This document shows, one piece after another, positions 9,952 through 22,333 of a stretch of DNA of 64,000 nt; the stretch's first letter is position 1; each line of letters starts with the position of its first letter. The DNA comes from an uncultured Acidobacteriota bacterium (GTDB taxonomy: Bacteria > Acidobacteriota > Thermoanaerobaculia > Multivoradales > UBA5704): assembly GCA_963700145.1 (NCBI GenBank), contig OY969474.1, forward strand, positions 1,376,001 to 1,440,000. Direction: 5' to 3'. A program made the translations under genes and the position numbers. The notes below the pieces were generated by a model. That model was not told where the DNA came from. It ran no database searches and worked only from the letters and a program-made list of their open reading frames with translations.

Positions 9952-11619
9952 ATGGAACCGGAGCGGGAGACTCTCGAGCTGGACGTCCTCTTCGTGGGGG
10001 CGGGGCCGGCGAGCCTGGCGGGGGCGTATCACTTGGCGCGGCTCGCCGCCGAGCAGAAGCTCGAGGTGTCGATCGCGGTGCTCGAGAAGGGCAAGGAGAT
10101 CGGCAGCCACGCGCTCTCGGGCGCGGTCGTCGATCCGCGCGCCCTTCGCGAGCTCTTCCCCGAGGACTGGCGCTCGGCGCCCTTCGAGGCGCCGGTCGAG
10201 CACGAGCGGCTCCTCTGGCTGACCGGCAAGCGCGCCCTCCCCCTCCCCATCCCGCCGCCGCTCGAAAACGAAGGCAACTACGTCGCCTCGCTCGGCAAGC
10301 TCTTGAAGTGGATGGCGCCGAAGGTCGAGGCGGCCGGCGTCGACATCTTCTACGAGTTCCCGGCCGTCGCCGTGCTCATGGACGGCGAGCGCGGTGATCG
10401 CGTCGTGGGCGTGCGCACCGGCGACCGCGGCGTCGGGCGCGACGGCCGGCGCAAGGCCAACTACGAGCCGGGCGTGGACATCCGCGCCAAGGTCACGGTA
10501 CTCGGCGAGGGCCCGCGCGGCACGCTCGCCAAGCAGCTCGAGGAGCGGCTCGGCCTGGCCGAGGGCCGGAACCCGCAGGTCTACTCGATCGGCTTGAAGG
10601 AGGTCTGGGACCTCCCCCACGGCCACGTCGAGCCGGGGCAGGTGATCCACACCATGGGCTGGCCGCTCGGCCTGCACACCTTCGGCGGCGGCTTCGTGTA
10701 CGGGATGCAGGGCGATCAGGCGATCGTCGGGCTGGTCGTCGGCCTCGACTACGAGGACCCGCTGCTCGACCCGCACGTCCTCTTCCAGCGCTTCAAGACC
10801 CATCCCGAGATCGCCGCCCTCCTCGACGGCGGCCGCATGGCCTTCTACGGCGCCAAGGCGATCCCGGAAGGGGGCTGGTGGGCGATGCCGCGCCTCGCGG
10901 GCGACGGGTTCCTGATCGTCGGCGACTCGGGGGGCCTCCTCAACAGCCAGCGCTTGAAGGGCATCCACCTGGCGATGAAGTCGGGGATGCTGGCGGCGGA
11001 GACGATCTTCGAGGGGCTCCGCGCGGGCGCGCTCGACGGCGAGCGGCTGGCGGGTTACGAGCGGAAGATCGAGGAGAGCTGGGTGCGCGAGGAGCTGTGG
11101 GCGGTGCGCAACTTCCACCAGGCCTTCGACCACGGCGTCGTGGCGGGGATGTTCCAGGCGGGGGTGGGCCTCGTGACCGGCGGCCGCGGCTGGGGCTTCC
11201 GCGACCGGCTTCCCACGCGCCCGGGCCACGCGCGCATGGTGCCGCTCGACACGCCGGAGGGCCGAAGGTTCCAGCCGGAGCCGCTCCGCCCCGACGGCAA
11301 GGTCACCTTCGACCGCCTGACCGGTGTCTACCACTCCGGCACCGCGCACGAGGAGGACCAGCCGGTCCATCTCATCGTCCACGACACCGACGTCTGCATC
11401 TACCAGTGCGCCGTCGAGTACGCCAACCCCTGCACCCGCTTCTGCCCCGCTGCGGTCTACGAGTGGGTGAGCGACCCGGCCTCCCCCACCGGCGAGCGCC
11501 TGCAGATCAACGCCAGCAACTGCGTCCACTGCAAGACCTGCGACATCATGGACCCCTACGAGATCATCACCTGGGTGCCGCCGGAGGGCGGCGGCGGGCC
11601 CAATTACTCGAAAATGTAA
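9952..11619 (+). CDS. Electron transfer flavoprotein-ubiquinone oxidoreductase
   Basis: FAD motif VGAGPAS, KGIHLAMKSG, C-terminal 4Fe-4S motifs CTRFCPAAVYE and NCVHCKTCDI. Confidence 0.95.
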   Translation: MEPERETLELDVLFVGAGPASLAGAYHLARLAAEQKLEVSIAVLEKGKEIGSHALSGAVVDPRALRELFPEDWRSAPFEAPVEHERLLWLTGKRALPLPIPPPLENEGNYVASLGKLLKWMAPKVEAAGVDIFYEFPAVAVLMDGERGDRVVGVRTGDRGVGRDGRRKANYEPGVDIRAKVTVLGEGPRGTLAKQLEERLGLAEGRNPQVYSIGLKEVWDLPHGHVEPGQVIHTMGWPLGLHTFGGGFVYGMQGDQAIVGLVVGLDYEDPLLDPHVLFQRFKTHPEIAALLDGGRMAFYGAKAIPEGGWWAMPRLAGDGFLIVGDSGGLLNSQRLKGIHLAMKSGMLAAETIFEGLRAGALDGERLAGYERKIEESWVREELWAVRNFHQAFDHGVVAGMFQAGVGLVTGGRGWGFRDRLPTRPGHARMVPLDTPEGRRFQPEPLRPDGKVTFDRLTGVYHSGTAHEEDQPVHLIVHDTDVCIYQCAVEYANPCTRFCPAAVYEWVSDPASPTGERLQINASNCVHCKTCDIMDPYEIITWVPPEGGGGPNYSKM

Positions 11620-11621
11620 AA

Positions 11622-11651
11622 AAAACGCCCGGCACGTCGGCCGGGCGCTAC
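11622..11651 (-). repeat. GTAG-type REP-like palindrome / intrinsic terminator, copy 1
   Basis: Minus strand reads GTAG-CGCCCGGC-CGACGT-GCCGGGCG-TTTTTTTT; lies between convergent genes. Confidence 0.8.
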
Positions 11652-11672
11652 GGAGATTCCTTTGGCTGGGGG

Positions 11673-12845
11673 TCAACCCTTCGGGCCGATCGAGCAGTCG
11701 CCGCTGCCGGTCTCGCAGCGGATCTTGGTGCGGCCGTTGCCGCGCCGCGCGCCGACCACCTTGCGGCCGTCCTTGCGCAGCTCCGCGTCGTCGTAGCCGA
11801 CATGCACGTCGCCGCTCCCCTGGCTCGCCGACATCTCGAAGGAGGCCGCCGGACCGGCCAGCACGCGGACGTCGCCGCTGCCGGTGTCGACGTGGATGCT
11901 GCGCGTCTCGGCGAGCGAGGTCTCGACGGTCACGTCCCCCGAGCCGGTGTCGGCGGCCAGCTCCTCGACCTCGACGCCGAGGACGCGGATCGAGCCCGAG
12001 CCGGTGTCGGCGGAGAGGGTGGCGACGGCGCCGCGGCTGACCATGACGTCGCCGGAGCCGGTGTCCACCGAGAGCTTGCCGGCCTTGACCTGGGCGATCG
12101 AGACGTCGCCGGAGCCGGTGTCCACCGAGCCGTTGCCCACCCACTGCTGGACGGTGACGTCGCCCGAGCCTGTGTCGACCGAGGTCTCGCCGCGAGTGCT
12201 GCCGAGCGTGACGTCGCCGGAGCCGGTGTCGACGACCAGGCCGCCGGCGAAGGCGGCGAGCTGCACGTCGCCGGAGCCGGTGTCGACCACCAGGGTTCCC
12301 TGCAGCGAGCCGCCGCGCACCGCGCCGACGACGTTGCGCACCGCCAGGTCGGCGTCGTGCGGCATGCCGATTTTGAGGTTGGCGTAGAGGATCGGCACGG
12401 ACGAGCGGCGGCTGGCGTAGATGCGCACGCGCTCGCCGCGGTAGGTGCTGCTGGTGTGGCCGAAGTCGATGCCCAGGATCTCCACCTGGTGCCCCTTGCG
12501 CGGGTAGGCGAAGCCGTCGTAGTCGTCCACCGGGTAGGTCAGCACCCACTCCTCGCGGCCCTTCTTGTCGTGGTCCTTGACCCAGTGCATGCCGTCGAGG
12601 AGCTTGCGAGTCTCGGCGGCGTCCCGCCCCTCGGCGTGGACGGTGGTCTCGACGACGATCTCGGCGCCCTTGATCGGCACCAGCTCGATCCGCCCCGCCA
12701 GGTTGGCGAGCCGGACCTTGCCGGCGGCCGGGAAGCCGCGGCGGAAGCCCCGGGTCGTGGTCTCGGCGGCGGCGGCCGTGGCGCCGGTGGCGAGCAGACA
12801 GACGAAGGCCGCGGCGAGCGCGGGCCTGCGGTGGTAAGTGGTCAT
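11673..12845 (-). CDS. Secreted DUF4097 / adhesin-like beta-strand repeat protein
   Basis: Signal peptide; about eight (V/A)DTGSGDV repeats; ATG at 12845 with a GGAGGA SD upstream. Confidence 0.85.
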   Translation of the reverse strand: MTTYHRRPALAAAFVCLLATGATAAAAETTTRGFRRGFPAAGKVRLANLAGRIELVPIKGAEIVVETTVHAEGRDAAETRKLLDGMHWVKDHDKKGREEWVLTYPVDDYDGFAYPRKGHQVEILGIDFGHTSSTYRGERVRIYASRRSSVPILYANLKIGMPHDADLAVRNVVGAVRGGSLQGTLVVDTGSGDVQLAAFAGGLVVDTGSGDVTLGSTRGETSVDTGSGDVTVQQWVGNGSVDTGSGDVSIAQVKAGKLSVDTGSGDVMVSRGAVATLSADTGSGSIRVLGVEVEELAADTGSGDVTVETSLAETRSIHVDTGSGDVRVLAGPAASFEMSASQGSGDVHVGYDDAELRKDGRKVVGARRGNGRTKIRCETGSGDCSIGPKG

Positions 12846-12907
12846 GGCGGTGGTCCTCCTCCGGGGTGCATTACGGGAGTAGACATCTAAAGGTTGCAAA
12901 GCCCAAG

Positions 12908-12937
12908 AAAACGCCCGGCACGTAGGCCGGGCGCTAC
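12908..12937 (-). repeat. GTAG-type REP-like palindrome, copy 2
   Basis: AAAACGCCCGGCACGTAGGCCGGGCGCTAC, one mismatch to copy 1; lies between divergent genes. Confidence 0.8.
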
Positions 12938-12946
12938 ACTGCCCCG

Positions 12947-15100
12947 ATGCGCCCGCCGACACCGCTTCTCCTCCTCCTCGCCGCGCTCCCCCTGGCCGCC
13001 AACGGCCCGGCGCCGCCGCGGGAGCTGACGCTCGACCTGGTCTTTGCGGAGGGGACCGGCGGGCGGCAGCCGAGCGAGCTCGCCTGGTCGCCCGACGGCA
13101 CCCGCCTCGCCTACCTCTGGGACGACGGCGGCGGCGAGGCGCTGTGGGTGCTCGACGCGGCGACCGGGAGGGGCGAGCCGGTGCTGCGGCGGGAGGAGAT
13201 CGACGAGCTCGTCTGGTCGCCCGCGGGCGACGCCATCGCCCTCCTCGCCGAGGGCGACCTCTCCCTCCTGACCCTGCGCGACCGCAGCTTCGCCCGCCTC
13301 ACCACGACGCCGGAGAAAGAGGAGGCGCCGGCCTTCTCGCCGGACGGCAAGCGCCTCGCCTTCGTGCGCGACTTCGACCTCCACCTCCTCGACCTGGCGA
13401 CCAGGAAGGAGCGCGCCCTCACCACGGACGGCGAGGAGAACCAGGTCCTCAACGGCACCACCGACTGGCTCTACTGGGAGGAGATCTGGAACCGCGAGGC
13501 AACCGGCTTCTGGTGGGCGCCGGACGGGCGGCGGATCGCCTACTACCGGTTCGAGGAGGCGGCCGTGCCGCAGTACCCGCTGGTGGACGAGCTGCCGCGC
13601 CACCCCGAGGTGCGCTGGCAGCGGTATCCCACGGCCGGCGAGACGAACCCGCTGGTCAAGGTCGGCGTGCTCGACGTGGCGAGCGGCAGGACCACCTGGC
13701 TCGCCACCAGCGGCGCTCCGGACGACTACCTGGCGCGCGTCCACTGGGCGCCGGACGGCGAGCGCGTGGCGGTCGAGCACCTCGACCGGGAGCAGACCCG
13801 CCTTACCCTCCTCCTTTGCGGCGCCGCCGACGGCCGCTGCGCTCCGCTCCACGTCGAGGAGCTGCCGCCCTGGATCAACCTCGCCAGCGACTTTCGCTTC
13901 CTCCCCGACGGCCGCTTCCTCCGGGGCTCCGAGCGCGAGGGCTACCGCCGCCTCACCCTGCACGCCGCGGACGGCCGCGAGCTGCGCGCGGTGACGCCGC
14001 CCGGCTGGGCGGTCGCCTCGCTCGACGGCCTCGACGCCGAGCGCGGGGTGGTGGTGGCGACCGGCTTCCAGACCGGCGGCCTGGGGGCGGCCGAGCGGCA
14101 GGTGCGGCGCGTCTCGCTGGAGCGCGACGAGGTTGAGAACTTGACGCCGCGCGCCGGCTGGAACACGGCGCTCGCCGCGCCGCGCACCGGCTCCTGGGTC
14201 CACACCTGGAGCGACGCCAACACCCCGCCTCGTCTGGTGCTGCGGCAGGCCGACGGCGGCGAGGCGGCCCTCCTGCCGTCGGCGCCGCCGCTCTTCGATC
14301 CGGCGGCAGTCTCTCCGTGGCGGCTCTTCACCATCGCCGGCCCGGAGGGGTCGCGGCTGCCGGCGCGGTCGCTCGAGCCCGCCGGCTTCGACACCCGCCG
14401 CCGCTACCCGGTCCTCATCTACCACTACGGCGGGCCGGGCTCGCAGGTGGTCGCCAACCGCTGGGAGGGGACCGTGCGCGGCCTCTGGCACCGGGCGATG
14501 GCGCAGCGCGGCTACGCGGTGCTCTTGGTCGACAACCAGGCCTCGCTCTTCTTCGGCCGCGCCGGCGAGGACCGCCTCCACCGCCGCTTCGGCGAGGTGG
14601 AGCTGGCCGGCCAGCTCGCCGGGGTGGAACACCTGAAGGGGCTCGGCTGGGTGGACCCGGCGCGCCTCGGGCTCTGGGGGTGGTCGGGCGGCGGCTTCAA
14701 CACCCTCTACAGCCTGTTCAACCGCCCCGGCGTCTGGTGCGCCGGGGTGGCCGGCGCGCCACCCACCGACTGGCACCTCTACGACACGGTCTGGACCGAG
14801 CGCTACCTCGACCACCCCCGCGACAACGAGAAGGGCTACGAGGCGTCGTCACCGGTCACCTACGCGGCGAAGCTCGCCGACCACCTGCTCCTCGTCCATG
14901 GCACCGGCGACGACAACGTCCATCCGCAGAACTCGACCGTGCTGGCCCAGAAGCTCGTCGAAGCCGGCCGCCCCTTCGAGGAAGCCTTCTACCCCAACCA
15001 GAAGCACGGCATGACCGGCGCCGCGCAGGAGCACTTCTATCGCCGGATGACCGAGTTCTTCGACCGGCACCTCAGGGAGCCGAAGACGCCGTCACCCTGA
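12947..15100 (+). CDS. S9 family dipeptidyl peptidase IV
   Basis: Signal peptide, DWLYWEEI, YGGPGSQ, GWSGGG nucleophile, HGTGDDNVH and C-terminal His (NQKHG). Confidence 0.93.
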   Translation: MRPPTPLLLLLAALPLAANGPAPPRELTLDLVFAEGTGGRQPSELAWSPDGTRLAYLWDDGGGEALWVLDAATGRGEPVLRREEIDELVWSPAGDAIALLAEGDLSLLTLRDRSFARLTTTPEKEEAPAFSPDGKRLAFVRDFDLHLLDLATRKERALTTDGEENQVLNGTTDWLYWEEIWNREATGFWWAPDGRRIAYYRFEEAAVPQYPLVDELPRHPEVRWQRYPTAGETNPLVKVGVLDVASGRTTWLATSGAPDDYLARVHWAPDGERVAVEHLDREQTRLTLLLCGAADGRCAPLHVEELPPWINLASDFRFLPDGRFLRGSEREGYRRLTLHAADGRELRAVTPPGWAVASLDGLDAERGVVVATGFQTGGLGAAERQVRRVSLERDEVENLTPRAGWNTALAAPRTGSWVHTWSDANTPPRLVLRQADGGEAALLPSAPPLFDPAAVSPWRLFTIAGPEGSRLPARSLEPAGFDTRRRYPVLIYHYGGPGSQVVANRWEGTVRGLWHRAMAQRGYAVLLVDNQASLFFGRAGEDRLHRRFGEVELAGQLAGVEHLKGLGWVDPARLGLWGWSGGGFNTLYSLFNRPGVWCAGVAGAPPTDWHLYDTVWTERYLDHPRDNEKGYEASSPVTYAAKLADHLLLVHGTGDDNVHPQNSTVLAQKLVEAGRPFEEAFYPNQKHGMTGAAQEHFYRRMTEFFDRHLREPKTPSP

Positions 15101-15451
15101 GAAGGCGGCGCCGGCCCAGAAGTCCTCCCAATCGAGGTCGGAGACGTGCTGGTACTCGCGCCAGTGGCTGACCTTGTCGTCGCGCAGCTTGACGAGGACG
15201 ACGCCGTGGTAGCGCTGGTGCCCCTCGTAGCTGTACTCGGCGGCGCCCACCTGGCGCGCCTCGTCGAAGACGGCGTTGTGCCAGACGGTGCGCTGCTCGT
15301 ACCCGCCGTCGTCCTGGAAGAAACGGAGCAGCTCGGCGCGGGAGGCGTGGCGGTAGCGGAGCGGGTCGGCGTAGCGGACGTCCTCGGCGAACCAGCCGGC
15401 GGCGCCCTCGTAGTCCCGCGCCGTCCACGCCCGCGCCAGGTCGGCGAGCAT
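15092..15451 (-). CDS. NTF2 / SnoaL-like protein
   Basis: FAEDVRYADP and VSHWREY patterns, about 119 aa; start uncertain. Confidence 0.75.
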   Translation of the reverse strand: MLADLARAWTARDYEGAAGWFAEDVRYADPLRYRHASRAELLRFFQDDGGYEQRTVWHNAVFDEARQVGAAEYSYEGHQRYHGVVLVKLRDDKVSHWREYQHVSDLDWEDFWAGAAFSG

Positions 15452-15471
15452 GGCCTCGAACCCGGCCTGAG

Positions 15472-16731
<1,260 letters not shown>

Positions 16732-16768
16732 AAGGTTGTCGGCGGGGAGTTCGGCGGGGTCCGCGGGG

Positions 16769-17011
16769 TCAGTTCTGGTCCCCGGCGTTGTTCTGGATGT
16801 ACTCGACGGCCTCGCGGACGTTGCCGATCTTCTCGGCGTGCTCGTCCGGGATCTCGATCCCGAACTCCTCTTCGAAGGCCATGACCAGCTCGACGATGTC
16901 GAGCGAGTCGGCGCCCAGGTCCTCGGTGAAGCTGGCGTCCGGCGTCACCTCGTCCTCGTCGACGCCGAGCTGCTCCACGATGATGCTCTTCACCCTCTCT
17001 TGTACCGCCAT
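16769..17011 (-). CDS. acpP: Acyl carrier protein
   Basis: [21 protein letters not shown]; GGAGG SD upstream. Confidence 0.97.
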   Translation of the reverse strand: MAVQERVKSIIVEQLGVDEDEVTPDASFTEDLGADSLDIVELVMAFEEEFGIEIPDEHAEKIGNVREAVEYIQNNAGDQN

Positions 17012-17111
17012 CGCTGTCATCCCTCCATGCGGTGGAAATGCGGCCAGCCCCGCGGGTTTGTAGCACAAAGCAAAGGGGAGGCCAAGGCCGCCGCGGCGCC
17101 TCCGGCGGCGG

Positions 17112-19223
17112 TCACCAGCGGGTGTGCTGGGCGATCAGGCCCCCGGCCGCCGAGCGGTCCACGGGGCCGGAGAAGAAGAAGCCCTGGCCGAGCTCGCAGG
17201 AGAGCCCGCGCAGGTGCGTCACCTGCTCGGCGGTCTCCAGCCCCTCGGCGGCCACCCCCATGCCCAGGGTGCGCCCCAGGGCGACGATCGAGCGCACGAT
17301 CTCGGAGCTGCCGCCGGCAGCGGCGCCGGCGCCGCTGCTGATGAAGGAGCGGTCGATCTTCAGGCCGTCCATCGGCAGCCGGTGGAGGTAGGAGAGCGAC
17401 GAGTAGCCGGTGCCGAAGTCGTCGATGTAGAGCTTGATGCCCAGCTCGCGCAGCTGCAGGAGCTTCGAGACCGCCGCCTGCCCCTGCTCCATGATCGCCC
17501 CCTCGGTCATCTCCAGGCGCAGGCTGCCGGGCGCGATCGGCATCTCGCGCAGCAGGCGGCGCATGCGCCGCACCAGGTCGGTCTGCAGGAACTGCTTGCC
17601 CGAGAGGTTGACGCTCACCGCCATCGAGCGGCCGCAGCCGTTGGCCTGCCACTCGGCGAGCTGGCGGCAGGCCTCGCGCAGCACCCACCAGCCGATCGGC
17701 ACGATCAAGCCGGTGTCCTCGGCGATCGAGATGAAGCTCTCCGGCTGCAGCAGGCCGCGCGCCGGGTGGTGCCAGCGCAGCAGCGCCTCGAAGCCGTCGA
17801 TCTCGCCGCTCGCCAGCTCGACGATCGGCTGGTAGTGGACGACGAACTCTTCGCGCTCGATGGCGCGGCGCAGGTCGGTCTCGACCTGCAGCAGCGCCAC
17901 CGCGTGCTCGTGCATGGCGCGGTCGAAGATGGCGTGGCGGTCCTTGCCCGCGGCCTTGGCGCGGTACATCGCGGTGTCGGCGTCGCGCAGCACGTCCTCG
18001 GGGCGCTCGTAGACGGCGCCCGAGCTGAGCGCGATCCCCAGGCTCATGGTGACGAAGACCTCGTGCCCCTGGATGTCGAAGGGGCGCGACAGCTCGCGGT
18101 TGACCCGTTGCGCCACGCGCGAGGCCTGCGTCGGGTCGTCGACGCCGTCGAGGAGGATCGCGAACTCGTCGCCGCCCAGGCGGGCGACGGTGTCGCCGGG
18201 GCGCAGCAGCACCTCGACGCGGCGCGCCACCGCCACCAGCAGCTCGTCGCCGACGTGGTGACCGAGGCTGTCGTTGACGTTCTTGAAGCGGTCGAGGTCC
18301 AGGAAGAGGACGGCGAAGGCGTGGTCCCCGCGGCGGCGGGCATGAGCGAGCGCCACGCCCAGGCGGTCGAGGAAGAGGGCGCGGTTGGGCAGCCCGGTCA
18401 GCGAGTCGTGGAAGGCGTCGTGCTGCAAGCGCTTCTCGGCCAGCTTGCGGGCGGTGATGTCGGCCATCGAGCCGGCCATCCGGTACGGCTGCCCGGCGGC
18501 GTCGCGCACCGCGATGCCGCGCGACTGCACCCAGCGGTAGGTGCCGTCCTTGTGCAGCATCCGGTGCTCGCTCTTGAAGTGCGGCGTGCCGCCGGCGCGG
18601 TGGGCCGAGATCTCCGCCCGCAGGATCAGGAGGTCGTCCGGGTGGACGCGGTCGAACCACTCCCGCGGCTCCTCGCCCACCTCGTCGAGGCCGTGGCCGA
18701 GCATCCCCTTCCAGCGCGGCGAGAAGTAGATCGTGTCGCGCTGCAGTTCCCAGTCCCAGAGGCCGTCGTTGGCCCCGGCGACCGCCAGCGCGTAGCGCTC
18801 CTCGCTCTCGCGCAGCGCCACCTCGGCGCGCTTGCGCTCGATGGCGTAGCGCAGCGCGCGGCCGAGGAGCCGCGCCTCGAGGCTGCGCTTGGGCAGGTAG
18901 TCCTGCGCGCCGCGGCGGATCGCCTCCTCGGCGACGACCTCGTCGTCGAGGCCGGTCAAGAGGACGGTCGGCAGGAGCGGCGCCGCGGCCTGCACCCGCT
19001 CGAGCGTTTCGAGCGAGCCGGCGGTGGTGTCGGGCAGCGCGAGGTCGAGGAGGGCGACGTCGGCCTGCGCGCCGCCGCGCAGGAGGTCGACGGCCTCGCC
19101 GACGCTGCCGGCGGTGAGCGTGGTGGCGGGGCCGGCGGCGCCCCGGTCGAGGAGCTTCAGGACGTGGCGCAGATCGTCGGGGTTGTCCTCGACGATCAGG
19201 ACCCGGATGGGCCGGTCGGTCAT
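17112..19223 (-). CDS. REC-PAS-GGDEF-EAL c-di-GMP cyclase/phosphodiesterase
   Basis: VLIVEDN and LLDLALPD receiver, DGLWDW/VHPDD PAS, intact GGDEF, EALLRW and DDFGTGYSS. Confidence 0.95.
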   Translation of the reverse strand: MTDRPIRVLIVEDNPDDLRHVLKLLDRGAAGPATTLTAGSVGEAVDLLRGGAQADVALLDLALPDTTAGSLETLERVQAAAPLLPTVLLTGLDDEVVAEEAIRRGAQDYLPKRSLEARLLGRALRYAIERKRAEVALRESEERYALAVAGANDGLWDWELQRDTIYFSPRWKGMLGHGLDEVGEEPREWFDRVHPDDLLILRAEISAHRAGGTPHFKSEHRMLHKDGTYRWVQSRGIAVRDAAGQPYRMAGSMADITARKLAEKRLQHDAFHDSLTGLPNRALFLDRLGVALAHARRRGDHAFAVLFLDLDRFKNVNDSLGHHVGDELLVAVARRVEVLLRPGDTVARLGGDEFAILLDGVDDPTQASRVAQRVNRELSRPFDIQGHEVFVTMSLGIALSSGAVYERPEDVLRDADTAMYRAKAAGKDRHAIFDRAMHEHAVALLQVETDLRRAIEREEFVVHYQPIVELASGEIDGFEALLRWHHPARGLLQPESFISIAEDTGLIVPIGWWVLREACRQLAEWQANGCGRSMAVSVNLSGKQFLQTDLVRRMRRLLREMPIAPGSLRLEMTEGAIMEQGQAAVSKLLQLRELGIKLYIDDFGTGYSSLSYLHRLPMDGLKIDRSFISSGAGAAAGGSSEIVRSIVALGRTLGMGVAAEGLETAEQVTHLRGLSCELGQGFFFSGPVDRSAAGGLIAQHTRW

Positions 19224-19320
19224 CTCCCCCTCCAACAGCAAGTTGCAACCGACCCTACGGACCCGACGCCCCCCGGCGACACAACCTGCTTCAGCTAAAC
19301 ATCAGATCAAATTGAACATA

Positions 19321-20496
19321 TCAGAATGATCGACGCCGTGCAAAGGGTGTCCCGCCCTGCGGCCGCTCCTGCTCGGCCACCCGCGGCAGGGTGAAGTAGA
19401 AGGTCGAGCCCTGCGCCGGCTCGGACTTCACCCAGATGTGCCCGCCGTGGCGCTCGACGACACGCTTGCAGATCGACAGCCCCAGGCCGCTCCCCGGCAC
19501 CTCCGGCCGCAGGCGCTTGAACGAGGTGAAGATCGACTCCGCCTCGACCGGCTCCATGCCGACGCCGTTGTCGTGCACCGAGAAGACCCACTCGCCGTCG
19601 GTGCGCGCGGCGGCGACGTGGACCGCCGGCGGGCGGTCGCCGTGGAACTTGATCGCGTTGCCGACCAGGTTCTGCAGCAGCTGGACGATCTGCACCGGGT
19701 CGGCGTGGATCGTCGGCAGCGGCGCGTGCGTCACCTTGGCGCCGCTCTCCTCGACTGCCGCCTCGAGGTTGCCGAGGGCCTGCTCCAGGAGCTCGCCGGC
19801 GTCGACGTCGACCAGCTCCCGCCGCTCCCGCCCTTCGACCTGCGACAGCGACAGCAGGTCGCGCACCATGTCCTGCAGCCGGCCGGCGGCGGCGGCGGCC
19901 CGCTCCACCAGCGCGCGCCCGGCGTCGTCGAGCCCGCCGCCGTGCTCGTCGCGCAGGGCGCGCAGGGCGCGCTCGATGGCGCGCGCCGGCTCCTGCAGCT
20001 CGTGCGAGGCGACGGCGGCGAAGCGGCCGACCTCGGCGGGCGGCTCGGGTACTTCGCGCGGCACGGCGGCGAGCTGCGGCTCGCGGCGGCCGGCGGGCGG
20101 GACGATCCGCGCCCGCGTCTGCTCGAGCGCCGCCTCGACCTCGGAGGCGAGGCGCAGGAAGGTCCCCGGGCGCTTGACCAGGTACTGGTGGACTCCCAGG
20201 CGCGCGGCCTTGAGCGCCACCTCCTCGTCGCCCGAGCGGGTGAAGAGGATGACCGGCAGCTCCGGCCATTCCTCCTTGAGGGCGCCGAGCACGGCCAAGC
20301 CGTCGGCCCAGTGGAGCTTCTGTTCGAGGATGACGAGATCGAAGTCGCGGCGGGCGCAGGCTTGGGCGAAGGTGACGGCGTCGGGGACTTCGTGGACCTC
20401 GAAATGCCCTAATTCGCTCGTGAGCACAACACTGGCAAGGGAGCGGTCGTCCGGGTCATCGTCGATGAGCAGGATCCGCTGGTTCGCTCCTCTCAT
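19321..20496 (-). CDS. Receiver-domain histidine kinase (cytoplasmic)
   Basis: N-terminal ILLIDDD receiver, H-box ASHELQEP, N-box [10 protein letters not shown] boxes DNGVG and GSGLGL. Confidence 0.92.
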   Translation of the reverse strand: MRGANQRILLIDDDPDDRSLASVVLTSELGHFEVHEVPDAVTFAQACARRDFDLVILEQKLHWADGLAVLGALKEEWPELPVILFTRSGDEEVALKAARLGVHQYLVKRPGTFLRLASEVEAALEQTRARIVPPAGRREPQLAAVPREVPEPPAEVGRFAAVASHELQEPARAIERALRALRDEHGGGLDDAGRALVERAAAAAGRLQDMVRDLLSLSQVEGRERRELVDVDAGELLEQALGNLEAAVEESGAKVTHAPLPTIHADPVQIVQLLQNLVGNAIKFHGDRPPAVHVAAARTDGEWVFSVHDNGVGMEPVEAESIFTSFKRLRPEVPGSGLGLSICKRVVERHGGHIWVKSEPAQGSTFYFTLPRVAEQERPQGGTPFARRRSF

Positions 20497-20575
20497 GCCG
20501 CCGTCGCTACGAGCCAGAACGGTGCCATTGACTCGCAGCTATCGATCGATCGAACGGTGCAGCGCACGATTCTAC

Positions 20576-21319
20576 CTAAATGTACAGCCCCCCGGACACG
20601 TTCAGCACATGTCCAGTGACATAGCCGGCTTCCTCGCTCGCCAGGTAGGCGACGGCCCAGGCGACGTCGTCGGGCGAGCCGAGCCGCTTGAGCGCGATGC
20701 CGGCGGTCAGCTCGCCGCGCGAGGCCTCGGGAAGCGCCGCGGTCATCGCCGTCTCGACGTAACCGGGGGCGACGACGTTGACCGTGATGTTGCGGCTCCC
20801 CAGCTCCCGCGCCAGCGACTTGGAGAAGCCGATGAGGCCGGCCTTCGAGGCGGCGTAGTTCGCCTGGCCGGCGTTGCCCATCAGCCCGACGACCGAGGAG
20901 ACGGAGACGATCCGCCCCCAGCGCCGGCGCATCATGCCGCGCAGCAGCTCCTTGGTCAGCACGTAGGCGCCCGTCAAGTTGGTGCGCAGCACGCGCTCCC
21001 AGTCCTCCAGGCTCATGCGGGCGAGGAGGTTGTCGGCGGTGATGCCGGCGTTGTTGACCAGGACGTCCACCGCCGCGAACTCCTCGGGCAGCGCCTTGAG
21101 CCGCTCGGCGGCGGCGGCCGGGTCGGCGACGTCGAGCGCGAAGGGGAGGGCCGTCCCGCCGGCGGCCTCGATCTCCCCCGCCACGCCGCGCAGCTTCTCC
21201 TCGTTGCGCGCCGCGAGCACGACGCGCGCCCCCTGCCCCGCCAGCCGCCGCGCCACCGCCTCGCCGATCCCCTGCGAGGCGCCGGTCACCAGCGCCGTCC
21301 TGCCGTCCAATCGGAACAT
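20576..21319 (-). CDS. fabG: 3-oxoacyl-ACP reductase
   Basis: [14 protein letters not shown] and NYAASKAG; fab operon context. Confidence 0.95.
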   Translation of the reverse strand: MFRLDGRTALVTGASQGIGEAVARRLAGQGARVVLAARNEEKLRGVAGEIEAAGGTALPFALDVADPAAAAERLKALPEEFAAVDVLVNNAGITADNLLARMSLEDWERVLRTNLTGAYVLTKELLRGMMRRRWGRIVSVSSVVGLMGNAGQANYAASKAGLIGFSKSLARELGSRNITVNVVAPGYVETAMTAALPEASRGELTAGIALKRLGSPDDVAWAVAYLASEEAGYVTGHVLNVSGGLYI

Positions 21320-21331
21320 GCGTACCTTTCC

Positions 21332-21361
21332 GTAGCGCCCGGCCTACGTGCCGGGCGTTTT
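21332..21361 (+). repeat. GTAG-type REP-like palindrome, copy 3 (overlaps fabD stop)
   Basis: GTAGCGCCCGGCCTACGTGCCGGGCGTTTT, exact reverse complement of copy 2. Confidence 0.8.
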
Positions 21362-22333
21362 TTGCGCCTCGGCTGCCAGAAATTTGTCCACCTGCTCCGG
21401 CTCTCCCAGGCTGGCGACGGCCGCCCGCTCGGCGATCCGCCGGATCAGCCCGGCCAGGACGTTGCCCGGCCCGAGCTCCAGGAAGAGGTCCACTCCCGCC
21501 TCCCGCTCCATCCACTGCACCGACTCCACCCAGCGCACCGGGCCGTCGATCTGCCGCGCCAGGGCGTCGCGGGCCGCCTCGGCGGTGGCGACGGGCGCCG
21601 CGTCCACGTTGGCGACGACCGGCACCCGCGGCGCGGCGAAGGGCGCCTCGCGCAGCGGCTCGATCATGCCGAGCCGCGCCGGGCGCATGAGCGGCGAGTG
21701 GAACGGCGCGGAGACCGGCAGGAGGGTGGCCTTCTTGGCGCCGCGCTCGCGGGCCAGCGCCACGGCGCGGTCCACCGCGGCCTTGTGGCCGGCGACGACC
21801 GTCTGCACCGGGGCGTTGAGGTTGGCCACCGCCACCAGCTCTCCCTCCTGATCGGCGCTCGCCTCCCGCGCCACTTCGGCCACCGCCGCGGCGTCGAGCC
21901 CGAGGATCGCCGCCATCGCCCCCTCCCCCACCGGCACCGCCGCCTGCATCAGCTCGCCGCGCCGGCGCACCAGGCGGAGGGCATCGGCGAAGGGGAGCGC
22001 CCCGGCCGCTACCAGCGCCGAGTACTCGCCGAGGCTGTGGCCGGCGAGCGCCACGGGAACGACATCGGCGAGCGGCGTGCCGGCGAGGGCGCGGTGGATC
22101 GCGGTCGAGGCGGCGAGGAGGGCCGGCTGCGTGTTGACCGTCAGCCCCAGCTCCTCCTCCGGCCCCTCCCAGCAGAGGCGGGAGAGCGGCTCGCCGAGCG
22201 CCTCGTCGGCCTCCTCGAAGGTCCGCCGCGCCGCCTCCGACACCTCCGCCCAGGCGCGCCCCATGCCGACCTTCTGTGACCCCTGGCCGGGGAAGACGAA
22301 GGCCACCCGCCGCGTCGCGAGCGCTGCGCTCAT
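21344..22333 (-). CDS. fabD: Malonyl-CoA-ACP transacylase
   Basis: FPGQGSQ, GHSLGEY and VSAPFHS. Confidence 0.97.
   Translation of the reverse strand: MSAALATRRVAFVFPGQGSQKVGMGRAWAEVSEAARRTFEEADEALGEPLSRLCWEGPEEELGLTVNTQPALLAASTAIHRALAGTPLADVVPVALAGHSLGEYSALVAAGALPFADALRLVRRRGELMQAAVPVGEGAMAAILGLDAAAVAEVAREASADQEGELVAVANLNAPVQTVVAGHKAAVDRAVALARERGAKKATLLPVSAPFHSPLMRPARLGMIEPLREAPFAAPRVPVVANVDAAPVATAEAARDALARQIDGPVRWVESVQWMEREAGVDLFLELGPGNVLAGLIRRIAERAAVASLGEPEQVDKFLAAEAQKTPGT

Noticed and set aside
9952-11619. ETF-QO without etfAB
   Set aside because: Stand-alone ETF-QO genes are common.
11690-12290. Recurrent GTCGCCGGAGCCGGTGTC DNA repeats
   Set aside because: Explained by the DTGSGDV protein repeats of the DUF4097 gene.
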